A stretch of 63,583 nt of DNA from a virus (Duplodnaviria; Caudoviricetes), in IMG/VR virus record IMGVR_UViG_3300036760_000302, positions 1 to 63,583 of that record; one strand, 5' to 3'. Shown in pieces: positions 26,228-38,606 of this stretch (positions are counted from its first letter, which is position 1; every line of letters starts with the position of its first letter). A program made the position numbers and the translations under genes. The notes under the pieces were generated by a model that had not been told where the DNA came from, did not search any database, and saw only the letters and a list, made by a program, of their open reading frames with translations.

Positions 26228-27405
26228 TTATTGTTGTTGTTCTGATTTTTCTTTAGCTTGCTTTTCTATCAGCTTATTGAATCTGGTAATGTATTTTTGA
26301 AAGAAAGCATCCGATTCTTCTTTCGGACAAAGTTGTTTGTATGCAATGTCCACCAGAGCTCTATGAATGCCTTGATAGCCGGATATTTGTTTTTGCTGAA
26401 ATAGACCGACTCTTACAAATACGACCTTATATCCTGAATAAGATGTATAAAAACTGTCGCAGTGGTCTAACCTGTATTCTACCAGAGTGCCTTTGTAGTT
26501 ACCAATCCAAGACACTATAACTTTTTCAGCTCCAAAATAGTCTCCGGTGAACTGACCAGCCACATCTCCTGCCTCCAGATACTCCTTTATCTTGGCGAAT
26601 GCTTTAACTTTTGACTCCTTGATTTCCTTTCCCGTGAAACTTCCCATGCGTGAATTATTTTACTATTTGAAATGATATTCTTTTTTCTATACCGCAATGA
26701 CTGACGCGACTCCATGCGTCCTCGATGTCGTAGATGCCTATATCATCAGGATTATTAGTGTATCCACAACCGTTAGCTCCCCAGTATGCGCCCCATTGAC
26801 CACTATGGATACGGACTTTTGCTTTAGGGTTATCTGCAACCATTTTCTCCATACGAGCTCGCCATTCTTTTCTCGCTTCTGATTCGTGAATGAGGCTCAT
26901 ACAACGCGGTTCGCCTTCATATAGGTACGCATCTTCTTTCTTCCGTCTTTTTGCCCGCACGTCAATATATCTGGCATCTCTTGGAAGCAGATAATGGAAT
27001 CTTGAATAGAATATTCGCCTTGCTTTATGGCTACTATCCTTGACATCAACATGAATGACCTGACCTTCTATCGCCTCCGGATGGGTGTTCTCTTCGGTCT
27101 TATGAATTGAGTCTTTGTGTGCGACCCAAAATGCCTTCCTTACTAATGGATATTTTTTATTCATTGTTGGATATGTTTCTTTTCTTGCATAATGCCTGAA
27201 TGCAGGGTTTACCGCAGTTAGTGCATTTTATTTCTTTTTCACCCGACACAAATCTTAGGTCGTCATTTGTCCAGCCAGAGAACTTACTACAACTCGCGCA
27301 AATGATTTCATCAGTTATAACAATCTTTGGTTTTTCTAATATTTTTTTTCTCGCTTCTTTCTTTCTTACTTCTTCCCTTCTTTGATTAGAGTACCTTTTT
27401 GTCAT
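26228..27405 (-). CDS. Three hypothetical proteins (26228..26647, 26655..27164, 27157..27405)
   Basis: Tightly packed co-oriented ORFs. Confidence 0.6.
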
Positions 27406-27407
27406 AT

Positions 27408-27809
27408 TTATTTAGAGTTAGGATTTTTATTGTTGTCGTCATCGTCCCTTATCACTTTTATAAGAGGTGTTGGGGTTATTCCATGCGATAGAATGTATTT
27501 TGCTTTAGTGTAGAATTGAATGACGGACTGATTAGTCTCTTCTTTTAACACATCCTCAATCATGTCAAACATAAGCATCTTGATAAGCTCAGTTATGTCA
27601 TTCGGGTTTTTTACGTTGTATTTTCCAATATCAAACTCCCCTCCGAACTTAATGCAATATTCGAGCTCCGAATTAATCTCCTGCATTTTCTTTGTCGCCT
27701 GAGCTTCATTTCCTCTATTCTTGTCTGGGTGAAATTGAATAGCGAGCTTCTTCCACTTCTTCTTGAGAGTGTCCTTGTCATCGTTTATGTCGAAATATTT
27801 TAAGTCCAT
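27408..27809 (-). CDS. J-domain protein
   Basis: LKKKWKKLAIQFHPDKN..MQEIN. Confidence 0.85.
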   Translation of the reverse strand: MDLKYFDINDDKDTLKKKWKKLAIQFHPDKNRGNEAQATKKMQEINSELEYCIKFGGEFDIGKYNVKNPNDITELIKMLMFDMIEDVLKEETNQSVIQFYTKAKYILSHGITPTPLIKVIRDDDDNNKNPNSK

Positions 27810-28327
27810 TAGGATTTAAGCCACTTTGCTTTATGTTTTAGGTATTTGTGAGTTTCTTCCCAGTTAGGGAATTTCTCAGTACCGAAATGAATATGCTCTC
27901 CCTTGAACTCAGATACGCCATGATTCAGGTTGTCATCTACCAGAAAATGACCGATTGCTAAATCTTTCCTATGGGTTAGTATTAATTTTCTTTCAGCGTA
28001 TTTACCAAAGTAATTAGCGAGCCAAATTCGTTTACCGGAATAGCTTTCAGGAACTTCCCATACTGGAGTTGAGAGGAAGTATATGTCGAAATCATTAGAT
28101 AGGTCTATTATCGAATCTACCGCTCCTTCCATTGGCTCAAGGCTATGGAACATCATGGGATTGGCTTTAAATAGGTCGCCAACATCTGTATGAAATACTT
28201 TAGGGTCTAAGTCCGGTCTGAGTTTGTTGATTGCCTTGCCAAGATTAGCGATTGTTCCGTCAAGGTCAATATAAAGTATATTTTTCATTGTTTTGTTATT
28301 TTTTGCCCGCATCGTATTTTCTGTCAA
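27809..28327 (-). CDS. 5'(3')-deoxyribonucleotidase (HAD, NT5C)
   Basis: YIDLDGTIAN, FLSTP, LVDD. Confidence 0.88.
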   Translation of the reverse strand: MTENTMRAKNNKTMKNILYIDLDGTIANLGKAINKLRPDLDPKVFHTDVGDLFKANPMMFHSLEPMEGAVDSIIDLSNDFDIYFLSTPVWEVPESYSGKRIWLANYFGKYAERKLILTHRKDLAIGHFLVDDNLNHGVSEFKGEHIHFGTEKFPNWEETHKYLKHKAKWLKS

Positions 28328-30534
28328 CCCTTATATGTTCCTTTATGCCGAGCCTTGCTATGACTCCGGTAATTTCTTTATACAGGTTTGATGTTTCCCT
28401 GACTTTGAGCGTTTTGAATTTTTTCTTGCCAACCCATTTCTCGCATTTCCATCTGACTTCTTTTGAGTAATCCGAGTTATAGAAGTCATCATATTTTATT
28501 TCGATGATATTGAAGTGCTCATCTATGATGATGGAGATGGGGCAGGTAGTCATCCGGTCGAACCCTCCGCCCCAATCTCCATGTCCAGATGTCGTGCGAC
28601 CAATGGCGACTTCGATTCTGCGATTGTCAAATATCTCCGGCTTATTTACATCGCTGTAACCATACCCGTTCATGATGTAGAAGTCGCGCTGACCGATATG
28701 CTTCATTAGCTTTTCTACATCCAGCTTGTCGCTTCTAAGGAAATCAAATATGCCCATAGTTATACTTTTACTTTGTTGGTGATTTCCGATTTTCTCATCT
28801 CGCCAATACCGAGCTGTTTGGCGATGTCCTTGAACTGTAAATCACACGTAGAATCTATCCAGTCATCTACGAAATATAACTTCCTGCTTCCATTGATTGC
28901 GCCAAATAATATCGGGTCTTTTTCATCCTCTTTTTCTTTTTTGGTCTTGGCGCTCCCTTTGTTGTCTGGGTCATAATGGAGAATTAGAAAGTTGTCGAAT
29001 ATTTTATGTGTATCGAGCTCCTTTTTCTTTTTCAATACAGAATCAGGTATAACTCGTGTAAAGTTTTTAATCCAGTCAAGGCGAAGTCCGCGCTTGGTTT
29101 GTTTTACAAACTTCACTAACTGCTCTTCGGTTACAACTTTTGTATAGCCCAGACCATAAAGCTGACTTTCGTATCCAATAAGTTCAATTTCATTCAAGAG
29201 CTTTTCTTCAAGAGCGTTTTGTCCTAAATCAATGGCATTTTGAACCAAGACTCTATAACTTTCAATTCTCTCATCAATTTTTTCCAGTTGCTCTTTGGTG
29301 TGCTTTATTGAAACGAAAAATGATTCAATACTTCGAGTTGGCTTGTTTTTATACTTCTTGGTGAATGCCCAGAGATATAATTTCGTCAGTGGAGCAAATC
29401 GGACACCGCCCCTGCGATAGTCCTCTCGTAGCTCAAGATTACTGATGAGTTGTTGTCTTTGGAGTTCGGATTTTATTTCGTATGAAACTCCGTCCCAATA
29501 ATGCGGGTCTCCCTCGATTATACCAGCTATATTGAAGTCTCTGGGTGGATTCACGGAAGAATCTCCAACACCTTCGCCAATGAATCTGGTGGGTTCTCCT
29601 TCCATACTGCCGTCAGCCCCTACTGTAAAAGTAGTCCAGTTGCCGGATTTTTTTTCTTTTGATTTATGCTTTAGTAGTGAGCGGTCAATAACGAAGTCGT
29701 CAAAGACTTGTAGTTCGTTTGTGGTTTTGTTAATCATGATAATTATTTTTTAAGGTTAGTATCTTCCATGTCAGTCCCAGTCCAGTCCCAGTCCCAGCTT
29801 CCATCTTCATTAGTTTTTCTTTTTGGAATAGGAGTGTTGTATAGCCTTGATATTCTTATGAGGTCTGACACTCCTACTGGAGCTCCGACTTTATCGTACT
29901 CTTTCATGTGAAGGACAAATCCTTTGTAGTCTGGTTTTAGTAGATTGCTGGTTTCGATAGTCATGTAATTTATTTTTTTTTGTTGGATTAAGCCTTGCGT
30001 CCCCATGTAGGGAACGGAGGAAACATTTCGTGTCTATTTTTAATGAGCGATGCAAGTGTTATTCTCCCAGCAGTAATTTCCTTTGCATGGTTAATGCAAG
30101 GTGCGAATCCCGTAAATTCTCCCTTTATACAGCCAGCCTTATATCTTAGCTTGTCATCTTGAGAGGGAATCTTTCTTTCTCGGAGTAATGCAGGAGGTTG
30201 GTCGCAAAATGCTTTTACGCAACACTCAGGGTATCCTAAGTCTTTTCCAAGTGGCGCATTTTCATTGAACCAATCTTCCTGATGCTTTTTTAATGTTTCT
30301 GAGTCCATTGCTTTTGGTGTGTTAAAATTTATGATATACTTCTTCTATGACATAGTAGTTGTCTTTTTCTTGAGGTAATAATTCTAACGCCTTCATTACT
30401 TCTTTCTCGGAATGATAAAAGACAGCCCATCGGACATCTTCGTTAAAGACTACTTCATCGCCATTAACTCTTTTTAGATATGACCATTTGAAGGTGGAAG
30501 TGCTGAATGATTTGATGACAAAATGTTTTCTCAT
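28296..30534 (-). CDS. Five hypothetical proteins (28296..28757, 28760..29737, 29743..30006, 29988..30308, 30322..30534)
   Basis: Contiguous co-oriented ORFs. Confidence 0.6.
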
Positions 30535-30558
30535 GTTAGTTTTTATATAGTTGAATTT

Positions 30559-31320
30559 TTATTCAAGGACAGTAGCTTTATTGCTTATCAGGGTGTTGAA
30601 TCCGTTCTTAATCGAATCGTATTGCTTAATATACTTTGACTCGATACCGAATATTACCGAATCTTCTGTCTTGGCTGGTAATATCTCCAGCACCTCAAAT
30701 GTCCAATCACTCAGCTTACTGTTGTTTCTCAGGTATATCCCAAACGGACTACTGCTATGGGTTAAGTGATTCCACCACCGGAAGAATGGCGCATTCCTTG
30801 TCTTTCCGATGTAGCACTTGCTGGTTGCCTTTTCCGTTATCTTATAGATGTAGTTTGGAGAATCTTTACTTACATGATACTCGTCATCTGGATACTCTAC
30901 GTCTTTGTAGTATTCTTTCTTGTGCTCATTCAGGCAATAATCCTCTTCACCGCAGAACACTTTTCCGCCAAATAGTTTTTCATATTTTCTTGGTCTATGT
31001 AAATATGTGTTTTCATATTTTTGCCCGCAATGACAACACTTCCAGCTTGTATCCTTAACGACCTGTTCTTTTTCCCATTCATATAACGGGAAAATCACTA
31101 CATAGAAAAACTGAGCGGTGTCTTTTGTTTCCTTTTGATATACTTTATTGTCAGGGAAGAATTGCGGATACTTTTGTAATAGAAATTGCTTCACCTCGTC
31201 TTTGTCCTTTGCCATAATTAATCTTTCCGCCACTATATTTTCAGAGCCAAATTCAACTTGGTTGATTGACTTCACTACTCTTATAAATGCCTTGAAGTAT
31301 TTTTTATCTTGCTTCTTCAT
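30559..31320 (-). CDS. GIY-YIG nuclease domain protein
   Basis: YIYKIT..CYIGKT..RW..H..ESKYI..GFN. Confidence 0.8.
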   Translation of the reverse strand: MKKQDKKYFKAFIRVVKSINQVEFGSENIVAERLIMAKDKDEVKQFLLQKYPQFFPDNKVYQKETKDTAQFFYVVIFPLYEWEKEQVVKDTSWKCCHCGQKYENTYLHRPRKYEKLFGGKVFCGEEDYCLNEHKKEYYKDVEYPDDEYHVSKDSPNYIYKITEKATSKCYIGKTRNAPFFRWWNHLTHSSSPFGIYLRNNSKLSDWTFEVLEILPAKTEDSVIFGIESKYIKQYDSIKNGFNTLISNKATVLE

Positions 31321-31322
31321 TT

Positions 31323-33260
31323 TTAGAAATCGTCCTCTATGCTATTGGTTTTTGGTTCGCCTGTATTTTGGTGTGATGATGATGGTTGTGGACTGCTTTG
31401 GTCTGGTTGATTGTTAAATAATGAGTACGAGGGCTCTACGAATTTAGATAAGTGAGGAATGAACATTAGGTTTTCTATTCCAATTCTTCCGTTACGATGC
31501 TTTGCGATTACTATTTCTGCCAAGCCCTGAGTAGAGTTTCCGTTCTCGTCCTCCAGTATGCCATAATACTCCGGTCTGTGGATAAATGCAACAAGGTCGG
31601 CATCTTGCTCTATCTGACCGGATTCGCGCAGGTCTGATAGTTGGGGTCTTTTAGCAGTTCCACCTCTTTGCTCAAGCATACGGCTTAACTGTGACAGTGC
31701 TATGATTGGAATATTTAGTTCTTTAGCAATCGCCTTGAGCGACCTTGAAATCAATCCAACCTCTTGCTCTCTATTCCCTTTTCCTTCTCCGCCAACCATT
31801 AGTTGCAGGTAGTCAATGACAATCATTGAAATATCATGCTGAGACTTCAATCTCTTCGCTTTTGCCTTGAACTCAAACAGCGATAAGGATGGGGTGTCAT
31901 CAATAAATAGCGGAGAGTGCGCGAGTTCAGTTATTTTTTCATTTAAAAACTGAAATTCTTCTGTACTGACCTGACCCTGCCTTAATTTCTCGCTGGAGAA
32001 CTCAGTCTCAGATGCAATTAATCTCATTACTAATTGCAGGGATGTCATTTCGAGACTAAATATTGCGACTGGTTTTTTAAATCTTACCGATGCGTTTCTG
32101 GCAAGAGCCATCATAAGGGCGGTATTATGAACCACCGTACAATCTTCAAGTAAGAATAATCTATTTCCGTCTAAGGTAAATCCATAATATATATCAACTA
32201 TATCTTGCTCAACACTAATTGGTGTTAATGCCTGCACTTCAATATCGCGTATATCAACCCTGTATCCCTTGTAATTATTTTTCCATTCGGATGATTTTTT
32301 CAAATACTCCCTAACTTCAATATTCGCTACATCTCCAGAATTGTTTTTTAAGGACAATATGTGGCTTTCATTAACCCTATAATCTATCCCGTGAAGTTGC
32401 TTCACATTATACATCATTTCCCTGCCAGATGTCGTAGATAGAACATTTCGAGGAGTAGAGTCATTGCCCATTAGTACGTCTCCTGTTTTTATATCCTCTA
32501 CATTTTTAATACAGCCATCGTACATCATTATTCTTGTTCCCTTCCCAAAACATTTTCCCATTGCCGGACGTGCCCCAAGAATAATCAAGTCTGAGTTCTG
32601 CCAGCCTCCGGTAATTGCATCGAGCCTTGTGAATCCAGATGGGATACCTTGAAATGTCTGGTCTCTGGAATCTTCTATTTGCTTTATGGCTTTTCCGAGA
32701 AGGGACTGAATGGTCTCGTAGTTCTTTCGGATGTTATCCTGACTTACGGAGAATAACTCATTCTCAGATTTTTCCATCAACTCAAATACGTCTGTTGAGT
32801 CCTCGTAAGAATTTTGAAGGATGTTAGTGCAAACTCTTATGAGTTCTCTTTGTAAAAATTTTTCTATTATTATTCGTGCATGAACTTCTACGTTTGCTGA
32901 TGATGCGATTCTATTTGTAAGCTGGGTGACGTAAAATGCTCCTCCTGCATTTTCGAGATTACCTTCTTTTTTTAATCTTTGAGTGACAGTTAAAATGTCA
33001 ATAGCGTCCGAATCGTTGAATAGGGATTGAATAGCGGTGTATATTAATATATGCGCTTCTTTGTAGAAGGTAGCTGGCTTTAAGATGTCAATTACATTGG
33101 CAAGTGCGCCTTTGTCCAGCATGATAGCGCCCAGCACAGCTTCTTCTAAGTCAACTGCGGATGGTGGTAGCTTGCCGAGTCCTATTAATTGCTGTGGAGT
33201 GATAGAGATTTTATTTCTCTTCCTTTTATCCCTAATATCTTTATTGTTGCCAGATTCCAT
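31323..33260 (-). CDS. dnaB: Replicative DNA helicase with intein
   Basis: GARPAMGK|..|T, FSLEM, IDYLQL, LSQLSR, DLRESG. Confidence 0.95.
   Translation of the reverse strand: MESGNNKDIRDKRKRNKISITPQQLIGLGKLPPSAVDLEEAVLGAIMLDKGALANVIDILKPATFYKEAHILIYTAIQSLFNDSDAIDILTVTQRLKKEGNLENAGGAFYVTQLTNRIASSANVEVHARIIIEKFLQRELIRVCTNILQNSYEDSTDVFELMEKSENELFSVSQDNIRKNYETIQSLLGKAIKQIEDSRDQTFQGIPSGFTRLDAITGGWQNSDLIILGARPAMGKCFGKGTRIMMYDGCIKNVEDIKTGDVLMGNDSTPRNVLSTTSGREMMYNVKQLHGIDYRVNESHILSLKNNSGDVANIEVREYLKKSSEWKNNYKGYRVDIRDIEVQALTPISVEQDIVDIYYGFTLDGNRLFLLEDCTVVHNTALMMALARNASVRFKKPVAIFSLEMTSLQLVMRLIASETEFSSEKLRQGQVSTEEFQFLNEKITELAHSPLFIDDTPSLSLFEFKAKAKRLKSQHDISMIVIDYLQLMVGGEGKGNREQEVGLISRSLKAIAKELNIPIIALSQLSRMLEQRGGTAKRPQLSDLRESGQIEQDADLVAFIHRPEYYGILEDENGNSTQGLAEIVIAKHRNGRIGIENLMFIPHLSKFVEPSYSLFNNQPDQSSPQPSSSHQNTGEPKTNSIEDDF
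32124..32552 (-). mobile_element. Mini-intein (143 aa) in the DnaB Walker A motif
   Basis: CFGKGT..VNESHIL..YGFTLDGNRLFLL..VVHN followed by Thr; no endonuclease domain. Confidence 0.9.
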
Positions 33261-33266
33261 TATTAC

Positions 33267-33800
33267 TTATTTTATATGTCCCCATCTTTCTCCGCATCTC
33301 ACTCTATCAATATGTTTTATTGAAACGCCAAACATTTCTGATAATTCTTTTCTCGACATAATGTATCTCGAATTTCTAATGACACTTACATCTTCTTTTG
33401 TCAATTTATGAGCTCCATTATTTTGTCCAAAATTACGAGCAACTAAATTATTTTTTGAAGCGTGTTCTGAATTTTCTTTATGGGTCGTCCATTCTAAATT
33501 CTTCCAATGTGGATTATATTTATCCCCATCCTTGTGATTTACTTCTGGTTTATTATGCGGATTTGGAATAAAATGCTTTGCAACTAAAACATGAATTGAT
33601 GTCTTTGTTGGCTTTTTATTTTTGTAAAGATTTACGAATAAATATCTATCCTTTATTGGTATCAGTGTTTTTTTTGGAAATACGACTTTTCCCCACCTTC
33701 CTTTGTCTATAATTTTCTCTAAGCTCTTAGCTCTGCCAAATCTGCTAATCCGATACAGTCCTTCGTATCCAATTATGTCCTTCCAAATCCCCCTTTTCAT
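33267..33800 (-). CDS. NUMOD4-HNH homing endonuclease
   Basis: WKDIIGYEGLYRIS; VNHKDGDKYNPHWKNLEW. Confidence 0.9.
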   Translation of the reverse strand: MKRGIWKDIIGYEGLYRISRFGRAKSLEKIIDKGRWGKVVFPKKTLIPIKDRYLFVNLYKNKKPTKTSIHVLVAKHFIPNPHNKPEVNHKDGDKYNPHWKNLEWTTHKENSEHASKNNLVARNFGQNNGAHKLTKEDVSVIRNSRYIMSRKELSEMFGVSIKHIDRVRCGERWGHIK

Positions 33801-33802
33801 AA

Positions 33803-35644
33803 TTATTTATTTTTCTTCTTAGTTTTTTCTATTTTTGGTACGCTGGTCATATTGATGATATTCTTTCTGTAACCATCTGATATTTTTTCTACTGCATCTT
33901 TCAGTAAGCCCTTTGGTAAATTAGGCAGGTCGAAATTTTCACCTTTGTTGTTTGCGTGATTCCTTTCTCTTTCGTTAAACTTATTTTTAATGTGCTGGTC
34001 AATCCAGCCGAATATAATAGAGCCGTCAATGTGATTGTAAACGCTGTTGTCTTTTGTGGAATGAGACTTGGCTTTCTTGAAAATATAAACCAGCTCATCA
34101 ATGAATAATTTGTTTCCGCATTCGTCAATTATTTGCTCGGCAATTTCTACTATCTGATAGTTATTTAAACCGTCCTTTACGTTGAAGTAGCTATTTACGT
34201 TCACCAGTAGTAGTCGTATGATTTCCGCAACTTCCGGTCTCCCAAGACTTCTTACAAGGTGATTGATATTCCGGCTCTTCGTGGTTACTCTTTGAACAAT
34301 ATCAACATTTCCGTTTTTTCCTACAACTTTATTTTCAATCGTCACATCCTTTGACGCTTTCTCGTAAATCTCTAATTCGCTTTGCTTAATATCAATCCGA
34401 CTGAACACCTCCATTGTTTTCTTGTGCGCTCTATCTTCAAGTAGCTCCCTCTGCTGGTTAGATATAGCTACCTGAGCTTGCTTAACCTCTCTGGATGCCT
34501 CCAGTAGTGCCGGAACAAGTGACAAGGGCTTTTGCCCTATTAGAATGGCGAGGTCTTTTGCGTTTGGTTTATCAGGCATGATACTATCCAATTAGTTTTC
34601 GTTTCCGAAATTATGTCCAACCTTTTCAAATTCAAAATGCTGTTCCGCATTATTGATGGTCAGAAATACTTCATTGAAGTCTGTATGTTCTTGGTCTGGA
34701 CTTACGCGAGTGTATCCGGCAAAACAAGCGTATGCTTCATCGCAAACTACGCATTGCCATTTTTTGCCCTCGCGGATGATGACATCATTTTTCTTGAATG
34801 TTGCTTTTTTCATATTATAAATATTTAGGAAAGTTGGAGAGATTCGGAGTTTCAATATTGTCCCAAGTCCAGAGATGGTAAGTGTGGCTTCCGTTTTTGA
34901 AGTCGGATTTTTTAGGATACACCTCTACTGCAATAACATCTTCTCCCAGTATGCGATTTTTAATTTCATATAAGTCCATGAAATCATGTACTGGTGCATC
35001 GTCAACTCTGTGGATTCTTAGGTGAGTATATTTATTAATCTTATTTAAGACCATTTCGTATATCCCGTCTCCGGCTCTATAACATCTCCCGTTCTTTAAA
35101 TGCGGGTAGCGTTCAATGTCAAGCGCTGTTGGTGTAAATTCAATGTATTCCATTCTTAATGATTCATTACTGATGAGTAGGATGGCTTCTTGCCTGAGCC
35201 AGTTTTACTGCTACTGTTTATCCTGTTTGATAGTATCTGACTGAGTATTTTTCTGAATTGCTTATTGATACCCCATGTTGTGAATTGATTCTTTTTCCAC
35301 CAGTCATCCATTCCGTTCATGAAAAGCTCGAAAAATTCCGCTACTGATATTTCGCCATACTGGTCTGGATTCTCAGCCATCTCTTGTTTTATCTGCACGA
35401 TAAGTCCGTCAATTTCGTTGTCCTGATTTTTTGTAAATACATATCGAGTTCCTTTTGATGCAACATGGTGTTTCTGGAATATTTCTTTTATAGATACTCT
35501 TTCATTATCCTGTGGCGTATCAGCGTTACTGATGAAATCTACAATACCTTCAAGAGCTCTTATTGCTTCGATAGATGGAGGGGTTTTCCTCTTCTCTAAC
35601 GCAATAGATTGCTGGCACTTTTTTAATACACGTTGTAAATCCAT
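33803..35644 (-). CDS. Four hypothetical proteins (33803..34591, 34592..34855, 34815..35153, 35156..35644), some possibly replication-associated
   Basis: Contiguous ORFs upstream of dnaB. Confidence 0.55.
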
Positions 35645-35665
35645 GTTTCCTCTATAATAATATTA

Positions 35666-35872
35666 GGTAACTATATACTTATCTGACCCAATATGGGAAA
35701 TTATGGATGATATTCATTTTTGCACATTACACATACTCCAACGCTGTTAAACCTCCCATGTGGCTTACATTTACAATAAGCGGAGCGAATCTTAGGCTTT
35801 ACCTTTGCTTTCTTTTTACTCGGTTTTTTCATGTGTTTTTTTTGATTTGGGTCAGATAAGTATATAGTTACC
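35666..35872. mobile_element. 207-bp MITE related to IS1595
   Basis: 26-bp perfect TIRs GGTAACTATATACTTATCTGACCCAA; 8-bp TSD TAATATTA; 43-aa minus ORF at 35701..35832. Confidence 0.85.
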
Positions 35873-36064
35873 TAATATTATTTGCATCAAGTATCTCCAG
35901 ACGATAAAGACAATAATCCAAAGGACTACGTTGATTATCACGAACTGAGCAAATACCGTTTCACTTTCTTTTTTAAAATATTTATTTGATGCCATTTTTA
36001 ATACGACCCATAGTACGCTGGTAATCAAGGCTACGCTTATTATGAAGGATATAAAATAGTTCAT
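35852..36064 (-). CDS. Small membrane protein, 3' end altered by the MITE
   Basis: Two TM segments; last codons lie in the TIR. Confidence 0.6.
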   Translation of the reverse strand: MNYFISFIISVALITSVLWVVLKMASNKYFKKESETVFAQFVIINVVLWIIVFIVWRYLMQIILGNYILI

Positions 36065-37167
36065 CAGTCAATTTTTGGATTATTGAAAAATTCCATCATT
36101 CCACCTCTTTTTTTGCCCGCACCGAATTTACTGCTACTCATCATGATGCTTGAATTTTCATCATCAATCATAATTGCTCGTTGGATGTATTCCGGTAGCG
36201 TAGTTCCTTTTGGCAGGAATTTATAATGACTTCTGATTGCACACTTCTTGTACATATCTGTTTTCCATTCGGTATAGAAATAGTCGCTCTCGCCTCCGGT
36301 ACTCATTTGTTCTATTTTCGCGAGCTTCCATATCTCCATGAAGTGATAATGCTTTGTTCCGTCATTCAGTATGGCGACAGAATAAGCTCCGGCAATTTGG
36401 CGTGCATTATTTTCAGCTTCGGTCTTAGCAACTTTTGGCTTATGGGTAATTTTATTCTCGGCTGGAAGATACTCGAACTCATAGTCATCTTCATAAACTA
36501 TATGAGCGTCCATAACTTTTATACTACCGCTATCTGTCAAGGACTTGATTAATCCGCGATAGGTGAGCTCGAATACGCATTTGCCGTCTTTGGCTTTAAG
36601 GTATGCAAGTTTTAAAGCTGGATTAATTGTGCTCTTGGTTCTGCCTATGTCAATGATTGCGGAAACTATCGAGTCTTGATGACAATTTTTGAGAGTTGGA
36701 TTTTCGTGGAAGATGGAATAAACGTATGACATCTCGGTGTCAGCTTGACTCTCAGCCATTCCTTCGACTACCAGTATTTGCCTTGCCTTCTCTACTTGGT
36801 TCTGCCAGTGAGGTGTAGAGCCGGAAATGGTAGTGGATTCGTTAGGCTCTAATACAATAGGTGATGATGAGATTATTTTAATGGGCTTGTCGCTATTATT
36901 TTTTATGTCGAATCGTTGTCCTGCTGATGATGCGTGAGGTAATGCAACCGTAGTCTGAGTCTCGGATTCCTTTTTTAATTTCCAAATCATTGTGTTGATA
37001 GAACCCTCAGACCTATTAAGCTGGGACGATAGCCAATCTACTGGCTTATTTATATTGTGCTGGATGAAATCAATCTCATCCTGCTTCCACCGCTTGTTGT
37101 GAGATTTTCCTGTAAAACCTGTTAGATTTAGTTGAGAGGTATAAGGCATTATTTTTTTCTGTTTCAT
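36064..37167 (-). CDS. recT: RecT-family single-strand annealing protein
   Basis: SIVSAI..INPALKLAYL..LTYRGLI..IVYEDD..MYKKCAIR..KFLP. Confidence 0.8.
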   Translation of the reverse strand: MKQKKIMPYTSQLNLTGFTGKSHNKRWKQDEIDFIQHNINKPVDWLSSQLNRSEGSINTMIWKLKKESETQTTVALPHASSAGQRFDIKNNSDKPIKIISSSPIVLEPNESTTISGSTPHWQNQVEKARQILVVEGMAESQADTEMSYVYSIFHENPTLKNCHQDSIVSAIIDIGRTKSTINPALKLAYLKAKDGKCVFELTYRGLIKSLTDSGSIKVMDAHIVYEDDYEFEYLPAENKITHKPKVAKTEAENNARQIAGAYSVAILNDGTKHYHFMEIWKLAKIEQMSTGGESDYFYTEWKTDMYKKCAIRSHYKFLPKGTTLPEYIQRAIMIDDENSSIMMSSSKFGAGKKRGGMMEFFNNPKID

Positions 37168-37172
37168 TTTTT

Positions 37173-38343
37173 TTAGTTGTAAAAAAAATCCACCAAAGTG
37201 ATACATTTTTTCGACACTTTTTATAGAATAAACCTTTTTTGAATCTTCAATTTTAACTCGTGTGCCTTTGTCTTGCATCCCGCCAACTGAAAATATTTTT
37301 CCGTTAATCCAAATCAAATCTTTTGGCTGAATAGCATATCGTTGCTTTCGGATTGAAGGCGAAAATCCTTTTCTGTTTAATTGAATCGCCCTGTTATTTC
37401 TATGCTTTTGTTGAATTGTAATTGACCCGTATCGCTCTTGTGTTGCTCCGCCAGCAATAACAAACGCATCAGTGGCGTGGGATTTTTCTAATCCCAGTTT
37501 TTGTCTTTCAACGAAAGTTTTGTATCCAAAGGTGATATTTACATCTGGAATATCTTGTTTGAATTTATGTTGGATGATGGACATAAATGTATTTGCTTTA
37601 TACTCTTTTGGAGTAAATAATTTTAATCCATTATTATGCAATTTCTTGTGACACTTCTTATGAATTATCGCCAAGTTTTCTGAACGGTCAGAGCCCTGTT
37701 CGTGACGCTCTTTGCAGTGATGAATATGCGATGGATTTCCTTTTGTAAATTCTTTGTGGCACAACTGGCATAAACCATGTTCTCGCGCCATCAGATATGC
37801 TCTCATATTTTGGTAGCCATACAAATCTCCTTGCTGATAACCAATGCCATTAATGTCTGGATTTATAATTTTAGCGATGTCAAAATTGCCAGTTTCGATT
37901 GTGACTTTTGAAATTGGCAGAATTGATTTTGCATTCTTGATTAGCGTCAAATGAGCGTCATATCTCCTTTGAATTGATGGTGGAAGCCAACCTTCTTTTT
38001 GATTCCCTCGATTCAAAAATCTTGATTTTCGATACCATAATTTGTTTCTCTTTAACCTGCGATACATTCTTCTTTCGGTCAGCCTACTTGATGTTTTGCT
38101 GTCAAGCGTAATTGTTTGAGACAATACTTCTTTCGTTGAGGTAATGGCTGACATTCCAACATTGTTAAATCCGGAATCAACTCCAAGTCTGATTTCTTGC
38201 GCCTGATTCTCGCACTCAAAATTTAATTTAATAGTGAATGGATACAATTTAATAACCTTAGCGCGATTACCGTTAAGTAATTTTTTCGCTTTTGCTGGAG
38301 TGCATGGCATTAAAGTGCGTCCTTCAATACTAATTACATACAC
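37173..38343 (-). CDS. iscB: IscB RNA-guided nuclease (reads through into recT as assembled)
   Basis: GRTLMPC (PLMP), LGVDSG (RuvC-I), Arg-rich bridge helix, IETGNFD, HNH HIHH..N..CHKKLH, SHATDA. Confidence 0.9.
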
Positions 38344-38606
38344 AATGGCTTTAAGCCTCTCTGTATGTTGAGATAAATCCACTTCGGGATTGTTAAAACA
38401 GGTTTTTGAGCCTGACACACTAAGAGTTTCCTCTTTGTTTAATGACAGACCACAGTTGCTACGGACTTGTGGAGCATCCGTAGGTGTGTTCTTTTTAGTT
38501 CTCTGTTTTAACTTCTGCTTCATTGTTTCCAATTTACGCTCCCTAATCAACCTGTTACCCTTAAACCTCACGGCTCAAGCCCTTTCTTTTGGATTGGGTG
38601 ATTGAC
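37176..38606 (-). mobile_element. IscB (OMEGA) IS200/IS605 element
   Basis: Begins GTCAATCACCC, then omegaRNA, then iscB; ends near TACAAC. Confidence 0.8.
38350..38606 (-). ncRNA. omegaRNA (HEARO-like) scaffold
   Basis: About 260 nt structured region 5' of iscB; TCAATCACCC..GGTTGATT first stem. Confidence 0.7.

Noticed and set aside
38344-38571. N-terminal 76 aa of the 835-aa ORF
   Set aside because: It runs through the omegaRNA; IscB normally starts just before the PLMP motif.
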